From a virus (taxonomy: Duplodnaviria > Caudoviricetes): a DNA stretch of 64,000 nucleotides. Below the pieces are notes generated by a model. It was not told the DNA's origin, made no database searches, and saw only the letters and a program-made list of their open reading frames with translations. The position numbers and the translations under genes were made by a program. Positions 60,049 through 64,000 of this stretch are shown in pieces. The stretch spans positions 5,339 through 69,338 of the IMG/VR virus record IMGVR_UViG_3300028886_000088. One strand, written 5' to 3'. How positions within the stretch are numbered: the stretch's first letter is position 1; the number at the start of each line of letters is the position of its first letter.

Positions 60049-63000
60049 TTAATCTTCCAAATACTTGTCCAACGAATTAATCATATCGTTGAATTCTTCA
60101 TTAATAAGGAAAGCATCGTTATATACTTTCGGACGTTGGGAAATGACTTGTTTTTTATTGTTTTCTGACTTTGAAACAAGTTCGGTTATTAAATTAGTGG
60201 TTTTTTTATTGGATTCCATCATTCCATTTTGTTCTTGACCACCGCTAGCGGCATCTTCTGCTGGCATTTCTCCTTCATTACCACCTATTTCACCGCCTTC
60301 TTCACTTCCAGGCGTTCCAATTGAATCTAATCCGCTTCCAAAATCATCGCCACCGCCCATTGATGGTGGAGGTGGTGCGCCACCGCCTCCCATTGGGCCT
60401 CCACCGCCTTGTTCATCGCCACCTTGTGGTTGTTCTGGATATTGTGCGTTTGGCTCACCGTAAATTCTATCAACGGTGTCGAAAATACCAGTTCTCTTGA
60501 TGATGGCGTTTGTCATTTGCAACTCATTTGCCAATGCCTTTTCAAGTCTGATTTCTTCAAGATTTTCTTGTATTTCCTTGTCACTCCATTTCATTATTTC
60601 CTTTAATGCTCTTGTAATTGACATAATAGGAATACCACCACCAGGGTCAGCAACGGCTGTTTGTATTGCACCAATTTTCTTTGTAATGTTATCAATTTCA
60701 AGTTGTTCTGCTTGTGTTGACGGGTTGGTCATTGACAATGTAAAGTTTGTCAAGTCATCTTCAAAACCCAACAAATACAAATGTATGCTTGCAACCTTGT
60801 TCATTTCCATAAGAAATGCTTGCTGTATTCTGTTGATTGTTCTTGTAAATCTTACATCCATCAAAGCCAAATTTTGACCATTACCCGCAGCATCTTCAAA
60901 ATTCAAGAATGTTTTTGGTATTCTCAAAGCGGTAAGCACTTTGTTTTGAATGTATTTAATATCATCGATTGCTGTAAGGTTTTGTGCTGCTGGCAATGTT
61001 TCAATTGGATTTGCGGCATTAGGGTCTCTTACTGGAATGAAAATATCTTGGTCACAGCAATTGCTAACAAACAAACCGTTTTGATTCCAACTACCATCTG
61101 AGTTTATTGTACAAAGGGCAAAATTGTGTCTATCTTCCTCGCCATTTAGACCTACAACAGTCATACAATATACATCATCACCTCCAATTATTTCTATATT
61201 TTTAATTGTATGGTTTTTAAGTGATTCCGTTATGTATTCAGATATTGTAGCAAAACCCTTTTCTCTTATTCTGTTTTCTAGAACTTCTCTTGAAATAAAA
61301 TGATTGTGTTCCAATCTTTTATTATCATTTATTGAAATTAAATAATCAATTAAATTGGTATTGATATATTCAAGCAATTCCTTGCGTTTGGTAATTCTAT
61401 GTGACAATATTTCATTTAAAATTGAATCCCATATAAAATCATCAAAATGAATATTCATTTTTTGTGTTCTGTTTGTTCTACCGTCACCAATCCAACTATT
61501 TTTGCTTGCAATTTTTCTTATTTCGTCATGCTTTTTGTGTAATTCCGAATTGTTATATTCTTCAAAATCTTTCCTATATCCAATTTCTAACCCTTTTTCT
61601 CTTCTTAACTGTTTTGTTGTTTCTAATTTATTATATTCGATGATTTGTTTTTTATTAATTTCTTTAATATAATCTAATTCACCATTACCATATTTAATTT
61701 TTAAAGTATTCGAAATATTTTGCTTATGTATTGGTGATATTATTCTCCCTTTTAATGATTTTTTTAAGTTTTCAATGTGTTTTTGCCTTTTTTCTTCATC
61801 TTTCCAATTTCTTTTTGCTAATTCAGAATGCATTTTATGGTGTTCAAAATAGTCACACCATAATAAATTAGTTGGTTCGTTATTGTATTTGTTGAAATCT
61901 TTATGATGAATTGTATTATATTCAGCATTTTCTTTCGCAACATTTTCACCAATTAAACGATGTGTAAATTCAAATTTGCCGCTATTTGGATTATATATTT
62001 GTTCATACCTATCAAATAATTTTTGACTATTTTTGTCAATTTTTCTATAAAACGGCATTACACTTTCTCCAATAATAACTTCATCAGCACGTTTTTTCGA
62101 ACCATCACGCATAATCAATTCATGTTCTGGTGCCATTATGCAATGAGTGTCATCATCCAATGTAATTTTAACAAGTTTATCTGCGGTATAATTTTTACCA
62201 CACCACACAACTTTTCCTGGAACAATTTTATGTGTTTTGTCTTGAATTGAATAGACATAGTTTGTTTTACCACTGTTGAATTCTTTTGCTAATTCTTCAA
62301 TGGTAATTGTTCTTCCATCCAATAATGGTATTGGTGTATCTTTGTGTACTGGCATAATGTTTTTTCTTAAATCAATTTGACCAGTCATTGGGTCTATAAT
62401 AGGAGTTCTTTTGAAATTGTTTGCTATATCTTCAACATATGCTTGAACATCAGCATCGTCAATTGCACCAACATAAATTTTATAGACTCTTCTTTCAATT
62501 GACCTTTCAAGACGATAAATAAGCATCATATCTTCCATAAGGGATAACAATCTCCAGTGTCTTCTCGCTGAATTTAATGCACTTACGCCATAAGGTAGAT
62601 ACATTGAGTTGTTTATCAATCTGAAATGAGCGATTTGCCAATTTCTAAAAGGTACTTGTGTATTTGTTTCATCTGTCCAAACAAACCTTGTTGCGGTATC
62701 TGCATCTTGTTTGTTATTCATAGGAATTGTAAATGCTTGACCACCATATGGATTTGTAATACCGTTTTCAAGTCTTTCAACATTGAATACTGGAAGTTGT
62801 CTCCACCCCATTACACCATTTTTATTATCAATGTTCAAAAGCATGAATTGGTTTCCATATTTGCACATTCCACGAATAATCATTTGTGACATTACTTGTA
62901 TGTCAAGACGATTTACAAACAAATCTTCAAGAATAGCCTTTATTCTTTCTGATTTGGATGAAACAGTAATTACTTGACCGTGATTGTCAGTAAGTACGGA

Positions 63001-63333
63001 TTCTTCTGCGTATATATCCAATGCAGCACCTATTTCTGGAAAAGCATCCATAAGGTCTGCGTCACGATACATCAATTTTACATTGTTCAAACCAGCAAAT
63101 GCTTGAACAGACAAGTCTTGATTAGCCTTTATCCATCTGTCCTTTAACCAAGCATTTTGCTGTAATTCCAATTTCTTTTTTTCGTATTCGTTCTTGTCAG
63201 TTGTTCTGAATAATACTTTATTTGGGTTTGATAAGTCATAATTGTTGTTATGTTTTTGTGTATTACCAAAATTCCAATCACCAGTTAAAGCACCATCCAA
63301 ATTCTGAAATACTGTTTTAATATTGTTTGGCAT
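60049..63333 (-). CDS. portal protein (T4 gp20-like) containing an intein
   Basis: L.L.EDMMLIYRLERSIERRVYKIYVG, DQDIFIPVR, IETLP..QNL..IDDIKY..KV..ALRIPK. Confidence 0.92.
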   Translation of the reverse strand: MPNNIKTVFQNLDGALTGDWNFGNTQKHNNNYDLSNPNKVLFRTTDKNEYEKKKLELQQNAWLKDRWIKANQDLSVQAFAGLNNVKLMYRDADLMDAFPEIGAALDIYAEESVLTDNHGQVITVSSKSERIKAILEDLFVNRLDIQVMSQMIIRGMCKYGNQFMLLNIDNKNGVMGWRQLPVFNVERLENGITNPYGGQAFTIPMNNKQDADTATRFVWTDETNTQVPFRNWQIAHFRLINNSMYLPYGVSALNSARRHWRLLSLMEDMMLIYRLERSIERRVYKIYVGAIDDADVQAYVEDIANNFKRTPIIDPMTGQIDLRKNIMPVHKDTPIPLLDGRTITIEELAKEFNSGKTNYVYSIQDKTHKIVPGKVVWCGKNYTADKLVKITLDDDTHCIMAPEHELIMRDGSKKRADEVIIGESVMPFYRKIDKNSQKLFDRYEQIYNPNSGKFEFTHRLIGENVAKENAEYNTIHHKDFNKYNNEPTNLLWCDYFEHHKMHSELAKRNWKDEEKRQKHIENLKKSLKGRIISPIHKQNISNTLKIKYGNGELDYIKEINKKQIIEYNKLETTKQLRREKGLEIGYRKDFEEYNNSELHKKHDEIRKIASKNSWIGDGRTNRTQKMNIHFDDFIWDSILNEILSHRITKRKELLEYINTNLIDYLISINDNKRLEHNHFISREVLENRIREKGFATISEYITESLKNHTIKNIEIIGGDDVYCMTVVGLNGEEDRHNFALCTINSDGSWNQNGLFVSNCCDQDIFIPVRDPNAANPIETLPAAQNLTAIDDIKYIQNKVLTALRIPKTFLNFEDAAGNGQNLALMDVRFTRTINRIQQAFLMEMNKVASIHLYLLGFEDDLTNFTLSMTNPSTQAEQLEIDNITKKIGAIQTAVADPGGGIPIMSITRALKEIMKWSDKEIQENLEEIRLEKALANELQMTNAIIKRTGIFDTVDRIYGEPNAQYPEQPQGGDEQGGGGPMGGGGAPPPPSMGGGDDFGSGLDSIGTPGSEEGGEIGGNEGEMPAEDAASGGQEQNGMMESNKKTTNLITELVSKSENNKKQVISQRPKVYNDAFLINEEFNDMINSLDKYLED
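61060..62352 (-). mobile_element. 431-aa intein with an HNH homing endonuclease (Pro328-Asn758 of the portal ORF)
   Basis: PVHKDTPIPLLDG block A, APEH block B, HHKDFNKYNNEPTNL HNH, VYCMTV...HNF block F, GLFVSN/C block G. Confidence 0.88.
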
Positions 63334-63343
63334 AATTTTTTTC

Positions 63344-63472
63344 GTTTACAATTATATAAAAGGGAACTATATACCTGTTGACTAAACCAACGAGGATTTG
63401 CTATATTGACGTTTCATAGGGTGTCCAATGACATTGCCCTCACCGCCCTTAAACCCGCTTCCCTACGGGTCT
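63344..63472 (-). ncRNA. TnpB omegaRNA; scaffold 63469-63362, guide from 63361 leftwards
   Basis: Downstream of tnpB; 94% identical to 643-750 with a compensatory C-G/T-A pair. Confidence 0.8.
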
Positions 63473-64000
63473 TTATTAATTATTTTTTTATATTCCTATC
63501 AAATTCTGTTTGTGAAGGGCAAAATCCCTTATGTTTATTGCAGCATTAACATCCCTATCATGCTTTTCTCCGCATTTGGGACAAACCCATTCACGGTCAT
63601 TAAGTTGCAAGTCAGTCTTGACATATCCGCATTTGCTACATGTCTTGCTGCTTGGTTCAAATCTGCCAATGAATATCACATTCTTGCCATACCAATCACT
63701 CTTGTACTTCAGTTGCCTTACAAACTCACTCCATGCTGCACTCTGTATGCTGTTGGATAGATGTTTGTTTTTCATCATACCTTCAACGTTAAGGTCTTCC
63801 AAACATATTGTGTCATATTGTTTCGTCAACATTGATGATAATTTATGTAAGAAATCACTCCTGCGGTTTGCAATGTCCCTATGATACTTTGCGACTTTCA
63901 ATCTTAATGCTTCATGTCTGTTGGAATTCTTCTGTGTTCTTGCAAACCTCTGTTGGAGCGTTTTAAGTCTTTTCTTGCATTTTTCCAAGAACTTTGGATT
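63362..64000 (-). mobile_element. third copy of the TIR/TnpB element (partial; other end outside the window)
   Basis: TIR gggaactatatacctgttgact at 63362-63383, omegaRNA and tnpB 3' part. Confidence 0.85.
63488..64000 (-). CDS. tnpB: TnpB, C-terminal part (5' end beyond the window)
   Basis: CLEDLNV, FEPSSKTCSKCG, CPKCG and HDRDVNAAINI. Confidence 0.92.
   Translation of the reverse strand, partial: NPKFLEKCKKRLKTLQQRFARTQKNSNRHEALRLKVAKYHRDIANRRSDFLHKLSSMLTKQYDTICLEDLNVEGMMKNKHLSNSIQSAAWSEFVRQLKYKSDWYGKNVIFIGRFEPSSKTCSKCGYVKTDLQLNDREWVCPKCGEKHDRDVNAAINIRDFALHKQNLIGI

Noticed and set aside
1-64000. Stop-codon recoding (TAG to Gln) as in some gut megaphages
   Set aside because: Conserved genes are full length in the standard code with no systematic fragmentation.
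1-64000. tRNA or rRNA genes
   Set aside because: No cloverleaf or T-loop signature was found by eye; a tRNAscan-SE run would be needed to exclude atypical ones.

Overview
AT-rich segment of a jumbo/mega tailed phage, standard genetic code, with T4-like head genes: gp13-like neck, gp17-like large terminase and a gp20-like portal carrying an HNH intein. Recurrent TTTG-N~20-TAnnTTTGCA promoters indicate a Bacteroidota host (inference). A second motif, ATATTTAT, precedes virion-type genes. Accessory genes include RtcB, a ClpC-like ATPase, ThyA, dNMP kinase, a UvrD-like helicase, thioredoxin, three DNA methyltransferase domains, BspA-type LRR proteins and sugar-modification enzymes. The main discovery is a three-copy family of mobile elements bounded by 22-bp terminal inverted repeats (GGGAACTATATACYTGTTGAC). 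Both complete copies have exact 8-bp target-site duplications, i.e. DDE/IS1595-like ends rather than IS200/IS605 or IS607 ends. They carry TnpB plus an omegaRNA whose 3' scaffold is built from the TIR itself. The copies are a 2,116-bp TnpB + GIY-YIG element, a 238-bp omegaRNA-only mini-element, and a third copy just upstream of the portal gene that runs off the window. No transposase is present in the window. Other notable features: about 20 proteins sharing a putative head-targeting/protease-cleavage helix (including five ADP-ribosyltransferase-like candidates and an M.EcoRI-like domain), a Pro1/Cys-F4 non-canonical intein, two poly-A frameshift candidates and a duplicated LRR cassette with a 37-bp palindrome. 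All family assignments come from motif recognition by eye, not database searches.
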